Of a stretch of 53,719 nucleotides of DNA, positions 35,575 through 45,463 are shown piece by piece. The notes beneath the pieces were generated by a model, which was not told the DNA's origin, searched no databases, and saw nothing but the letters and a program-made list of their open reading frames with translations. A program made the translations under genes and the position numbers. Position 1 is the stretch's first letter. Each line of letters starts with the position of its first letter. This DNA is from a virus (taxonomy: Duplodnaviria; Caudoviricetes), in IMG/VR virus record IMGVR_UViG_3300045950_000056, positions 1-53,719 of that record. One strand, given 5' to 3'.

Positions 35575-35916
35575 ATGCCTGTGCTGGGTCCTGGCGACCT
35601 CATCAAACAGGATTCCCTCGCTGGCCTCACCCTGATCGTGAAGCACAAAACAACCCTCCTTGCCGCCAGAGCGATCAACACGACCGCCGCAGACGCCTAT
35701 GTGCAATTCTTCGACGCGGCGGCCGTGGCCGATGTCACCCTTGGAACGACCAGGGCCGATTGGGTCATCGTGACCGACTTTCCGATTGAAGTCAGCTCCG
35801 GGGATGGCCTCCCGACCAACGGGCTCAATTTCGAGAAGGGCATTGTCGCCGCCTCCACGACGACGGCGGTTGGATCGACTACGGCGACGCAGCATCTTCG
35901 ATTGGTGGTGGGCTGA
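35575..35916 (+). CDS. Small virion structural protein
   Basis: AYVQFFDA...VTLGTT...GLNFEKGI pattern. Confidence 0.65.
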   Translation: MPVLGPGDLIKQDSLAGLTLIVKHKTTLLAARAINTTAADAYVQFFDAAAVADVTLGTTRADWVIVTDFPIEVSSGDGLPTNGLNFEKGIVAASTTTAVGSTTATQHLRLVVG

Positions 35917-36446
35917 TGGACATGCGGGAAGCGGCGGCCATCCTCCGCAATGTCTACAAAGAATGGGAAGCGCTCCGGCGGCTTCAAGAGGCAGTCGAAG
36001 CCGTCGTCGGGCTCGATGATGTGGCCCGCTCGGCTGAGGAGCGGCGCCGAGCCATCGAGACCGAACTCGCGGAGCGGGAGCGTCTCCATCAGGAGCGGAT
36101 GCAGAAGATGGAGGTCGGTGAGGCTGAGGCCCAACGCGCCTCCGATCAACGGCTCTTGGACTCGCAGCGACGTCATGATGCCGAACACGCCGCCCTCACG
36201 GCCTCGCTGACCCAGCTTCGGACCGAGGCCGAGATCCTGGCGAAGCGTATGGAATCCAGCCGAATCGCGGAAGACCGAGCTCTGCTTCAGGCTTGCGCCG
36301 AGGCCGAGAAGGTCAAGCGCGGGCTCATCCAGGAGCACGGAGACCTCGTCGCACGGCTCCAGGCCGAGCGTGAGTCCCTGGAGAGCCGAATTGCCGCATT
36401 GCGTACCGATCTTGCGGCCCTCCGTGAACGATTGACCGTTCCCTAG
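35916..36446 (+). CDS. Coiled-coil protein
   Basis: Continuous heptads; TGATG coupling. Confidence 0.65.
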   Translation: MDMREAAAILRNVYKEWEALRRLQEAVEAVVGLDDVARSAEERRRAIETELAERERLHQERMQKMEVGEAEAQRASDQRLLDSQRRHDAEHAALTASLTQLRTEAEILAKRMESSRIAEDRALLQACAEAEKVKRGLIQEHGDLVARLQAERESLESRIAALRTDLAALRERLTVP

Positions 36447-36475
36447 GGTCGGATCGGGCGCTCGGGGAGTACTGA

Positions 36476-38260
36476 GTGGCCGATAACACGACCCTCAACG
36501 CCGCCGCTGGAGGCGATGTCATTGCCACCGACGACATCGGCGGCGTCAAATTCCAGCGCGTCAAGCTGATCCACGGCGCCGATGGCGTCAACGCGGGCGA
36601 CGTGGCGGCCACCAATCCGCTGCCGATCCTCGTCACCACGACGGCGGATGCCGCCGTGAAACCGGGTGACGCGGCCAACAATGCGATCCGGGTCAACGTC
36701 GTCGCGGGCGGCGCGGGGGGGACTTCTCTCGCAGACGAAGCGGCCTTTACCGAAGGCTCGACCTCGTTCACCCCCGTCGGAGGGGTCCTGAATGACACGA
36801 TTGTCTCTGATCCATCAGAGGATCAGGCCGCCGCGTTCCGCATTACGGCCAAGCGCGCCCTCCACACCAATCTCCGGGATGTGTCTGGCAATGAACTCGC
36901 ATCCGCCACCGCGGCTCCCGCAGGCACCGAGCGCGGGCTAATCGTCCGCAATATCCCGAACGGGACCCAGACCATCAGCGGCACCGTCACCGCCAACGCG
37001 GGGACGGGCACCTTCACGGTCGATTCGGAATTGCCCGCCGCCTCGGCACTGGCCGATGCCACCGCGAATCCGACCGCGCCAGCCGTGGGCACGTTCCTCC
37101 ATGCATTCGATGGGACCGATTGGGAACGTCTCCGGTGCGACCCGACGACCCGGAGGCTCGAGGTCGAAGTCGAAAACACTCCGACCGTCACGGCCAATGC
37201 GGGGACGGGAACCTTCACTACCCAGGACACGGCGTCAAAAGTGGACGACGCGGCCTTTACGCCCGCCACGGATCGCGTCGTCATGGTGGGCGCAGAATTC
37301 GACGATACCACGCCCGACAGCGTAGATGAAGGCGATGCGGGCGCGATGCGGATGTCCGCGAGGCGAGAACTCTATATCCAGGTTCGGGATGCAGCGGGGA
37401 ACGAGCGCGGCGCAGCGGTCACGGCGGCGAACGCGCTCAAGATTGATGGCTCAGCGGTCACGCAGCCGGTCTCGGGGACGGTGACAGCGAACGCCGGGAC
37501 TGGAACCTTTACGGTTGATTCAGAACTTCCAGCGGCAGCGGCCTTGGCCGATGCGACCGCCAATCCGACGGTTCCAGGCGTCGGCACGTTCCTCCACGGG
37601 TTTGACGGGACGGACTGGGAGCGCCTCCGCTGCGATCCCACGACCCGGCGATTGGAAGTGGAAGTGGAAAACACGCCGACGGTGACAGCGAACGCCGGGA
37701 CGGGAACCTTCAGTGTCCAGATCGGGGCGGAAACCGCGAATCGCGTGGAAGTGATGGGCGATGTGGCGCATGACGCGGCGGCCGCTGGCAATCCCGTCCT
37801 GATCGGCGGGCGGGCCAATCAGACCGAACCCGCCGCCGTCGCCGATGCGGATGCGGTCTATAGCTGGATGGACCAGCAGGGCCGAACCGTCGTCGTGCTC
37901 AACTTTCCGGCCAATGTGGCGGCTGACGACACGCACGGACCCAAAAGCGTCACGATTACGGCAACGACCAATACGCAGTTGCTCGCCGCGCCCGGCGCCG
38001 GTCAGTCGATCTACGTCACCAGGGCGAAAGCGAGCAATACTTCAGCGACTAAGACGATCTGTAACTTGGTCGAAGGCGGGACGGCAGGCGGAACGGACGG
38101 CACCATCCGGGATTCCGCGAGCCTCGCGGCGGACGGCGGCGGCTACGTCGACCGCTTTGATCCGCCCTGGAAACTCGCGGCCAACACGGCGTTATTCGGT
38201 CGGCTCGGTACCAGCGTGACCGACGTGCGCGTCAATCTCATGTATTTTGTGGCTCCGTAA
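36476..38260 (+). CDS. Fibre-like virion protein with internal duplication
   Basis: Ala/Thr/Gly/Asp-rich; about 80-aa unit repeated (approx. 36968-37217 and 37463-37711). Confidence 0.75.
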   Translation: MADNTTLNAAAGGDVIATDDIGGVKFQRVKLIHGADGVNAGDVAATNPLPILVTTTADAAVKPGDAANNAIRVNVVAGGAGGTSLADEAAFTEGSTSFTPVGGVLNDTIVSDPSEDQAAAFRITAKRALHTNLRDVSGNELASATAAPAGTERGLIVRNIPNGTQTISGTVTANAGTGTFTVDSELPAASALADATANPTAPAVGTFLHAFDGTDWERLRCDPTTRRLEVEVENTPTVTANAGTGTFTTQDTASKVDDAAFTPATDRVVMVGAEFDDTTPDSVDEGDAGAMRMSARRELYIQVRDAAGNERGAAVTAANALKIDGSAVTQPVSGTVTANAGTGTFTVDSELPAAAALADATANPTVPGVGTFLHGFDGTDWERLRCDPTTRRLEVEVENTPTVTANAGTGTFSVQIGAETANRVEVMGDVAHDAAAAGNPVLIGGRANQTEPAAVADADAVYSWMDQQGRTVVVLNFPANVAADDTHGPKSVTITATTNTQLLAAPGAGQSIYVTRAKASNTSATKTICNLVEGGTAGGTDGTIRDSASLAADGGGYVDRFDPPWKLAANTALFGRLGTSVTDVRVNLMYFVAP

Positions 38261-38393
38261 GGGGGACATGATCGACGAAAAGTCCTTGACCGGCTTAAGA
38301 CTTTTGCAGCGAGAACACAGCCGGAATCTGTTCACGACATCATTGGAACACGGACGCTCCGCGTTCTAATGATGTCGAAAAGGGGGTGGTCAT

Positions 38394-38905
38394 ACGGCTA
38401 CGCATAGAATCCCCATCCTCGGGTGGGCGACGGTTCCTGACACGTCGGGCAACGTATTCTTCGAGCCGTATTGAACACGGTCAAAGCAACCAACGACGTG
38501 TGGAGTCACCTCGTCCTGATCTACAACGACACGGCGACAAAGCTGAACTGTTTCGGGCGGTTCACGGTGCCGAAGAACTACGTCGGCACGGCCAAGATCA
38601 TCGTCGTCTGGACGGCCACGGCGACGACCGGCAACGTCGTGTGGGATTTCGATTACCGCGCCGTCGGCGGGAATGATGCGGAGTCCTTGGACCAGACGGG
38701 ATTTCAAGAGTCCGTGACGGTGACCGATGCGGCTCCTGGAGCTGCCCATCGGCGGCTGGAAGCGTCCGCCACCCTGACGGCGGCGAACCTTGCGGTCGAT
38801 GACGAGGTGGAGTTTCAGATCAGCCGAGACGGGGCCGACGCGAGCGACACGATGGCGGCGGCGGCAATGCTGTTTGAGGTCCTGTTCGAGTACGCGGACG
38901 CCTGA
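38394..38905 (+). pseudogene. Virion protein with ACG start and -1 frameshift near 38470, possibly sequence error
   Basis: RBS then ACG-ATHRIPILGWATVPDTSGNVFFEPY* joins LNTVKATNDVW... in the -1 frame. Confidence 0.55.
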
Positions 38906-38906
38906 G

Positions 38907-39665
38907 ATGGCTCGGCTCTTTAACGATGCGGCGTCGGAGATACTGAGCGTGGATCAAGCGGCGATTACCGCCGCTCCGTTTACATTCTGCGCGTGGGGCT
39001 ATTCGGACGACGCGACGGCGGCGCAATGTGTCATCTCAGTGGGGGACAAAGACACCACGAATACCCGATGGGCCTTGAAATTCTCTGGCAATGCCGCGAA
39101 TGATCCCGTGCGGTTTGATGTGAGAGGCGGTGGGAGCCAGACGGAGTTTGCGACGACTACTGGATATTCCGTGAACACGTGGCACCATGTCGCGGCTGTC
39201 GAAGCAAGCGCAACCGACCATCGGGTGTTTATCGACGGCGGCAGTAAAGGCACCTCGACCACGAGCGTCTCGCCAGCGGGTGCTGATCGGACCTCGATTG
39301 GTCGTCTCGCCGATGGCACGGGGGGGCAATTCTTTAGCGGTCGGATTGCCCATGTGGCGATCTGGAATGTGGCCCTCACGGACGATGAAATCCTCGCCCT
39401 CGCCCGGCGGCTTCACCCGGTTCGCATTCGACCGGGCAGCTTGGTCGGCTACTGGCCCGTGGGCGTTGGGTCACCTGATCCGAACTGGGCGGCTGGCACG
39501 ACGGCCCTCAACATGACGGTGACCGGCACGACCATCGCGGATAACCCTCCCATCATGTCCTGGTTCGGTCTCGGGCATGGCTGGCGAGGGGCGTTCGCGG
39601 CTCCCGCCCCGGCGGGCGTCTCGGCGGGACTGCGAACGCTGGCCCTCACGGGCGCGGGCATCTAA
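38907..39665 (+). CDS. LamG/concanavalin-A-like virion protein
   Basis: FTFCAW, NTWHHVAAV, VFIDG, FSGRIAHVAIWNVALT, LVGYWP. Confidence 0.85.
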   Translation: MARLFNDAASEILSVDQAAITAAPFTFCAWGYSDDATAAQCVISVGDKDTTNTRWALKFSGNAANDPVRFDVRGGGSQTEFATTTGYSVNTWHHVAAVEASATDHRVFIDGGSKGTSTTSVSPAGADRTSIGRLADGTGGQFFSGRIAHVAIWNVALTDDEILALARRLHPVRIRPGSLVGYWPVGVGSPDPNWAAGTTALNMTVTGTTIADNPPIMSWFGLGHGWRGAFAAPAPAGVSAGLRTLALTGAGI

Positions 39666-39807
39666 CCATGCTCCTGCCTCTCCATCTCAACACCGAACAG
39701 ATGCTCGGCCCGGTCGATGCAAAACTCGATGACCGGCTCCGGCGAGGACGGCGCCGAGCGCTCTGGTGGCCGCTCTTCTGTGACACGCTCTGGCGCTTGG
39801 TGACGTG

Positions 39808-40749
39808 ATGGCAACGCGGCTCGACGTGCAAACGGACGTGAAGACTCTCCTCGGTACGGACGCCTCACTGGCGACCGCCGAACTGAACACATTGATCCAG
39901 CTGCGCTACGAGCAGTTGTATGAGCACTGGCCGTGGTCCCGGCGCCGGCGAGACTTCACCGTGAGCCTCGTGGCACAGACCAAATCTACGAGTACCACGT
40001 TGGCGACCGTCACCAGTGGGTCGCCGACCGTGACGTTTGCCGGAACGCCGATCACCTCCGCGATGGGCGGACGGCAAATCCATCTCGGCGGCGAGCCGCA
40101 GTATTTCTTCATCAAGTTCGACTCCACCTCTCAGATCACGCTTCAAGATGGGGAATCCGCCGATGTGAACTGGCCTCGGGCGAGCGGAGGGAGCAAGTCG
40201 TGGGATGTATTCCAGACGCTCTATACGCTCCCGACCACGGCGGACGGCATCGTCTCATTAGCGGGGGACTTTCCCATTGACGAAGTAGATGGCGGGCGTC
40301 CGCAGCTCGATATCCTCGACCCGGATCGGTCCACGACCGGGAGCCACCCGACGCACTGGTGCTATGCCGGCGTGGATTCGAGTAACGTGCGGGAGATCGA
40401 GGTGTGGCCCATTCCGACCGCAGCGATTCTGCTGCGGGGCCAGTTCACGCGAGAGGCCCCCACGCTGTCGGACACGACGAAGCTCGATATTCCGCGATCT
40501 CTCGTCACCTACGGCACGACCGTCGATGCGTGCCATCTGCTCCATGCAAAACAGGGCTCCCAGGAGACGATGTGGGAGAACAAGGCTCTGTTCTTCGAGC
40601 GGAAACTGAAGGAACTCCTGAGTGATTTCAAGTTCGTGGACCTCGAACGCCAATCCCCGCCTCGATCCATCGGGCGGCGACGGAGTACGTTGTCGCGGCT
40701 CCACGGGACGGATTTCGAGGTGACCCATGATCTGGAACTGCTCGGGTGA
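39808..40749 (+). CDS. Head-tail adaptor (tail tubular A-like)
   Basis: WPWSR, YTLP, GSHPTHW, IEVWPIP motifs. Confidence 0.7.
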   Translation: MATRLDVQTDVKTLLGTDASLATAELNTLIQLRYEQLYEHWPWSRRRRDFTVSLVAQTKSTSTTLATVTSGSPTVTFAGTPITSAMGGRQIHLGGEPQYFFIKFDSTSQITLQDGESADVNWPRASGGSKSWDVFQTLYTLPTTADGIVSLAGDFPIDEVDGGRPQLDILDPDRSTTGSHPTHWCYAGVDSSNVREIEVWPIPTAAILLRGQFTREAPTLSDTTKLDIPRSLVTYGTTVDACHLLHAKQGSQETMWENKALFFERKLKELLSDFKFVDLERQSPPRSIGRRRSTLSRLHGTDFEVTHDLELLG

Positions 40750-40760
40750 CGGAGGCGACG

Positions 40761-40943
40761 ATGGCGAAGCGATGGATTCAGGGAGCGATCAAGAGCCCAG
40801 GGGCCTTAACCAAACAAGCCGCTCGGGCGGGCCAATCCCCGATGGAATTCGCGCGGGCGCACCGATCCGACTCCGGGACCACCGGGCGCCGGGCACGGCT
40901 CGCCATCACGCTTCGCCGGATGTCCAGAAAACGGAGGCGATAG
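40761..40943 (+). CDS. Small basic virion protein
   Basis: WIQGAIKSPGAL...RRARLAITLRRM; GGAGG RBS. Confidence 0.7.
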   Translation: MAKRWIQGAIKSPGALTKQAARAGQSPMEFARAHRSDSGTTGRRARLAITLRRMSRKRRR

Positions 40944-40946
40944 TCT

Positions 40947-41960
40947 ATGGCGCTCCCGAATAAGATCATCAGCACCGTTCCGGCTGGGAGCGACGCCCCC
41001 TCCGTGATTGACGACCGGATCAAGGACCTCGCTCTCGGCGTCATCGACATTCTGGGCATTCCCGACAACACCAACATTTCGGCGGCGGGGCTCAATTTCG
41101 CGGCAGCGGGACTTCAATATGTGCTCTTCCAGGATGCGGCCGCGAACCCGGCAGCGGCTGGCCGACTCCAGCGGAATGCCGCGAATCTCCTCTTCCATGA
41201 TGGCACGGCCGCCCGGACCTTCGTCTCGACCGACGGGACTCAAACCCTCACGAATAAGACCCTCAGCGCCCCTGTGCTGAGCGGCACGGCCACTGGGACG
41301 TACACCCTCGGGGGAACGCCCACGATCAACTCGCCCACCATTTCGAGTCCCACCTTGAGCGGCACGGCCACTGGGACGTACACCCTCGGGGGAACGCCCA
41401 CGATTTCGAGCCCAACACTGAGTGGGACGGTCGCTGGAACCTATACCATCGGGGGTACGCCGACACTGGGCGCCACGCTGAATCTGAATTCCCAAACCCT
41501 GTCCGGTGCCGCGACGTTCTCTGGAGCCTTGACGCTCTCGGCGGCTGGCACAGCGCTCACCGTCAACAACAATGCCACCATCAGCGGCACCTCCACGCTC
41601 GGCACGACGGTCGTCAGCTCAGCGGCCGACAGCCCGATGGATATTACGAGTACCCTGGCGACGAGCGGGGCCCAACTCAAGATCACTGGATCCGCCAGCT
41701 CGAACGGCGTCAACCTGAAACTTGTCGGCGACGGAGCGACAACGCCCACCAAGTATATCCGCGTCCAAGGAGGTCAATTAGAAGTCCTCAATGATACTTA
41801 CGCCACCATCCTTACGCGGATCATCGAGGCCCCAGCGGATGGAAAGACCTGTCTCTCGGTCTATCGGAATGTTGGGGGCACCTCCGCGCTCCACGAGGTC
41901 ACGATGGGAGCCGTGGATTCCGGCGGGCCTGGATTCAAGCTCTTGCGGGTTCCGAACTAA
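40947..41960 (+). CDS. Tail fibre/needle-like protein
   Basis: TQTLTNKTL and three PxLSGTxxGTYTxGGTPT repeats. Confidence 0.7.
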   Translation: MALPNKIISTVPAGSDAPSVIDDRIKDLALGVIDILGIPDNTNISAAGLNFAAAGLQYVLFQDAAANPAAAGRLQRNAANLLFHDGTAARTFVSTDGTQTLTNKTLSAPVLSGTATGTYTLGGTPTINSPTISSPTLSGTATGTYTLGGTPTISSPTLSGTVAGTYTIGGTPTLGATLNLNSQTLSGAATFSGALTLSAAGTALTVNNNATISGTSTLGTTVVSSAADSPMDITSTLATSGAQLKITGSASSNGVNLKLVGDGATTPTKYIRVQGGQLEVLNDTYATILTRIIEAPADGKTCLSVYRNVGGTSALHEVTMGAVDSGGPGFKLLRVPN

Positions 41961-43501
41961 TGCCTCGCGGACTGACCAAAACGGTTCTCCCGGCCGCACC
42001 CGGTGGAGTGATCGAGCGCGTCAACCCAGCGACGATCCCGGACGGCAAACTCCTGGCCTCCAAGAACTGGATCACCCGAGAGGGTACGGGGCGACCTCGA
42101 CCGGGCTACGAGCTGATCGGGAGCCAGTTGACCGCTGCCGACCCGGTCCTGGGCTTCGGCTTCCGGGGCACGCTCGCCACGGAATCCAACATGGTGGTCC
42201 ATACCGCCTCGGCGGCCTACTCGTGGAACGGCTCAGCCTTTTCGGCTATCACGGGGACCTGGACCAGCTCCAACGCGAACAACCACGTTCGCTTCACGGT
42301 CTTCCAGCAATCGGGGACGTTCATTTTGATTCGTACGAATCTCCAGAATGCACCCGACAAATGGACTGGAAGCGGATCGTTTGTCGATCTCGGGGGAACC
42401 CCGCCCGTCGCCCGGGATCTCACGACGACAAACGGGCGCGTCGTGCTCTTCTATGCCAACAACGAGCCCCGCCGGGTGCAGTGGTCGGGGTTTAACACCG
42501 CCGAGACGTGGGGCGCGGCGGATTTCTCGGACCTCACCGATACCCCCGATGAGATCGTGGGTGGCCGGGCCTTCGGACCCTTGTCCATGGCGATCTACAA
42601 GCAGGATTCGGTCTGGCTCGGGCAAGCCCAGGTCGCCGCCGCGCCCTTTCAGTTCCAGCTCATCGGGTTTACGCCGGGTCCGGTGAGCCCGGCCGCCATC
42701 GTCCCATGGCGGGAGGCGCATTATTACTTCGCCAAGGATTTGTCGGTCTACCGATTCGATGGGGGCCGAGTCCTGCCGGTCGGCGTGGATCTGCCGAAGC
42801 ATCTGCAACAAACGCTCGACTGGCCGAATCGGGATCGTATCTTCGGGTTCGTCCTCCCGCTCCCGGAACCGGAACTCTGGTTTGTGTATCCGCAAGAATC
42901 CGATGGCGCGATGAAGCGGGGCATTTCGATCAATCTCGCCACCAACGCCATGTCCCCGCACCAGTTCGCCCATGAGATTACGGCAGGATCGGAATGGATC
43001 GCTCGGCCCGTGCTCACCATCGACGGCCTGGATACGATCAGCGCGACCATCGACGGCTTGGATGCCTTCTACCCCACTATCGACTCGATGGGCACGCGAG
43101 CCAGCGTGACCTCCGTGATCGGAGAATCGACGGGGCGCGTGGATCGCTTCGGGAGGTCGGTCGATGACCGGGGCACGGCGATTGACTGGGAATTCACCCA
43201 TCCCTGGCGACCCGCCGGGGAGCTGGGGAATCGCTGCTACCTCGACGGAATCGCCAGTTATTGGAAGAAAACCCCCGCGTCGTTGACGGTGACGGTCGGT
43301 GTAACGATCACGGATTCGCTGGGCGATGCTGACACGGAGTCCACCGCGACTTTTAACACCTCGACGGACTCGAACCATCTCTCCACCTTTCCGAATAAGA
43401 CGGGTCAATGGGTGAAGGTGCGGCATGCCGCCAGTTCCCAAATCGCGGGGTTGGAACACCGGGGCGCCGCGATTCTCGCGTGGCCGAGGGCGATGGTCTA
43501 A
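41960..43501 (+). CDS. Tail nozzle/stabilisation protein (tubular B/gp10-like)
   Basis: RPGY, RVQWS...ETW, IYKQDSVW, YRFDG beta-propeller pattern. Confidence 0.75.
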   Translation: MPRGLTKTVLPAAPGGVIERVNPATIPDGKLLASKNWITREGTGRPRPGYELIGSQLTAADPVLGFGFRGTLATESNMVVHTASAAYSWNGSAFSAITGTWTSSNANNHVRFTVFQQSGTFILIRTNLQNAPDKWTGSGSFVDLGGTPPVARDLTTTNGRVVLFYANNEPRRVQWSGFNTAETWGAADFSDLTDTPDEIVGGRAFGPLSMAIYKQDSVWLGQAQVAAAPFQFQLIGFTPGPVSPAAIVPWREAHYYFAKDLSVYRFDGGRVLPVGVDLPKHLQQTLDWPNRDRIFGFVLPLPEPELWFVYPQESDGAMKRGISINLATNAMSPHQFAHEITAGSEWIARPVLTIDGLDTISATIDGLDAFYPTIDSMGTRASVTSVIGESTGRVDRFGRSVDDRGTAIDWEFTHPWRPAGELGNRCYLDGIASYWKKTPASLTVTVGVTITDSLGDADTESTATFNTSTDSNHLSTFPNKTGQWVKVRHAASSQIAGLEHRGAAILAWPRAMV

Positions 43502-45456
43502 TGCCGGGACTCCCGCAAACTCCTGATCTGCCGCGTGTCCCCGCCGATGACCGAGGGCTTCGGCTCTGGGCGGACTCCCATTCCCGGACGTTCGGCCGGT
43601 TATGGACGCATCTCACGCATGTCGTGAATGCGCTCAGCCAGACGGGCACAGCGGCCCAGAAGCCCAGTACGCCGGACCTCAATCATATCTTCTACACGGA
43701 GTCGGATACGAAGAAGACGTTTGTCGGGGTGGATGGCGCGTGGGTGCAGGTCGGGCGAAACCTCACCGTTCGGAAGAACAGCGGGGCCGATGTGGGGACG
43801 CGGCCACGGCTCAACCTGATCGAGGGGACGAATATCGGCCTCACGGTGGCTGACGATGCGGTCGATGATGAAGTGGATGTCACGATGACGGGCCGGGTGA
43901 CCGTCCGAAAGAACACCGGGGCCAACGTGGGCAGTCGCCCTCGGCTGAATCTCATCGAAGGCTCGAACATCACGCTGACGGTGGCCGACGATACGCCCGA
44001 CGACGAGATCGACGTCACGGTCGCGGCCGCCGGGGGGGGCCTCACCGGATCTGGCGTTGCCAATCAGGTCGCCTTCTGGACCGGCGCGACTTCGCTCGGC
44101 GGGGATACGGCGCTCACCTACAATGCGACGACCGATACGCTCACGGCCGCCATTATCTCGGATATCCGCATCGTGGATAATGTCAAATTCACCACGATCC
44201 AGCAGGCGATTGACAACCTCCCGGCGGCCGGCGGGATCGTGTATGTGCCACAAGGGACGTATGCGATCACCGCTGCCATTTCCATCACGAAACCGCTCAT
44301 CCTCATGGGGGCTGGGCCTCAGACGACTGAGATCACGACGACCTCGGCAACCATCGACATGCTCAGCATTGCGACGACGGCCCCGGTGTGCATTCGAGAT
44401 ATTCGGATTCGGAAAACTGTAACGGCGACCGCCGGGGCCGGTATCCGGGTCGCTGGATCAGGGGCCGATTGGAACCAGGACAGCCGAATCACGAACGTCC
44501 GCATCGAATCCCAGTGGGACGGCCTCGACTTCCAGGACGCCTCAGCCTGGACTGTCAGCGATTGCTTGATCCTGGAATGGCGCAACTTCGGCATTCGGGT
44601 TCGCAATACGCTCTCGCCCGATTCGGGGGACTCGACCATCTACGGCAACCTCTTGAGTTCTGCGGTGGCAGGGGCCGTGGGCATCCAGCAAGAATCCTCG
44701 GGAGGGCTGCGGATTGTCAGCAATAAGATCATCGGGCACGCCATCGGCTACCGGCTCAACGTGGCGACCGGGGTCTCGACCAGTGTGCTCCTGATCTCGG
44801 CCAATTCCATTGAAAACCAAGTGGACCGCTGTATCCAGCTCACCCGCACCGGGACCGGCGCGTTCTCTCAAATTTCCATCACCGGCAACCAGTTGGGGAC
44901 CGCCAGCACTCTGATTGAGGTGCTGGGAGGGGCCGGGGGGATTTCGCGGCTCGCCATCACGGGCAACACCTTGCAACTGGCCGCGAGCGGCAACGGCATT
45001 CTCTTGACCAACGGGGATGACGTGGGTATTTCGGCCAATGTCTTCCTCGGCGCGGCGAGCACGACCGGCGTCAGCGTGGGGGCTGGAGCCGCGAATGTGA
45101 AGATCGGGCGGAATACGTTCGCCAGCGTGACCACCGATGTCAGTCTCCCCTCAGGGACGAATGCCCACCACGTCGATCCGATCATCCAACGCGGAACGGA
45201 GACCATCACCACAAGCACCTTGGCGAATTACGGGACATTCTTTTCTGGGGATGCGACCGTCACGTTCCCCTTCGCCTTTCAAGCGGCGCCGCAGGTCTTT
45301 CTCACCGCCGAGAACGATGCGAATGGAGCCCTCTGCGGCGTCGTGAAGTCCGCGCCCTCCACGACCAGCGTGGCGATCAAAGGCATCGGCATCACGGCCA
45401 ACGTGGCGATCACGATTCACTGGGAAGCCGTGGGCACGAGGCTCCGGGGAGACTGA
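43501..45456 (+). CDS. Tailspike with pectin-lyase-like beta-helix
   Basis: TIQQAIDNLPAAGGIVYVPQGTY; repeated IxGN strands; duplicated VRKNxGAxVGxRPRLNLIEG. Confidence 0.85.
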   Translation: MPGLPQTPDLPRVPADDRGLRLWADSHSRTFGRLWTHLTHVVNALSQTGTAAQKPSTPDLNHIFYTESDTKKTFVGVDGAWVQVGRNLTVRKNSGADVGTRPRLNLIEGTNIGLTVADDAVDDEVDVTMTGRVTVRKNTGANVGSRPRLNLIEGSNITLTVADDTPDDEIDVTVAAAGGGLTGSGVANQVAFWTGATSLGGDTALTYNATTDTLTAAIISDIRIVDNVKFTTIQQAIDNLPAAGGIVYVPQGTYAITAAISITKPLILMGAGPQTTEITTTSATIDMLSIATTAPVCIRDIRIRKTVTATAGAGIRVAGSGADWNQDSRITNVRIESQWDGLDFQDASAWTVSDCLILEWRNFGIRVRNTLSPDSGDSTIYGNLLSSAVAGAVGIQQESSGGLRIVSNKIIGHAIGYRLNVATGVSTSVLLISANSIENQVDRCIQLTRTGTGAFSQISITGNQLGTASTLIEVLGGAGGISRLAITGNTLQLAASGNGILLTNGDDVGISANVFLGAASTTGVSVGAGAANVKIGRNTFASVTTDVSLPSGTNAHHVDPIIQRGTETITTSTLANYGTFFSGDATVTFPFAFQAAPQVFLTAENDANGALCGVVKSAPSTTSVAIKGIGITANVAITIHWEAVGTRLRGD

Positions 45457-45463
45457 CCTGACA

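Noticed and set aside
33871-35895. Long minus-strand ORFs (also 28766-30511, 32760-33941, 27080-28198, 42233-43459)
   Set aside because: Antisense shadows of well-supported plus-strand genes in GC-rich DNA, with no motifs.
36476-45456. Diversity-generating retroelement acting on fibre repeats
   Set aside because: No reverse transcriptase; both repeats are coding and differences are not adenine-specific.
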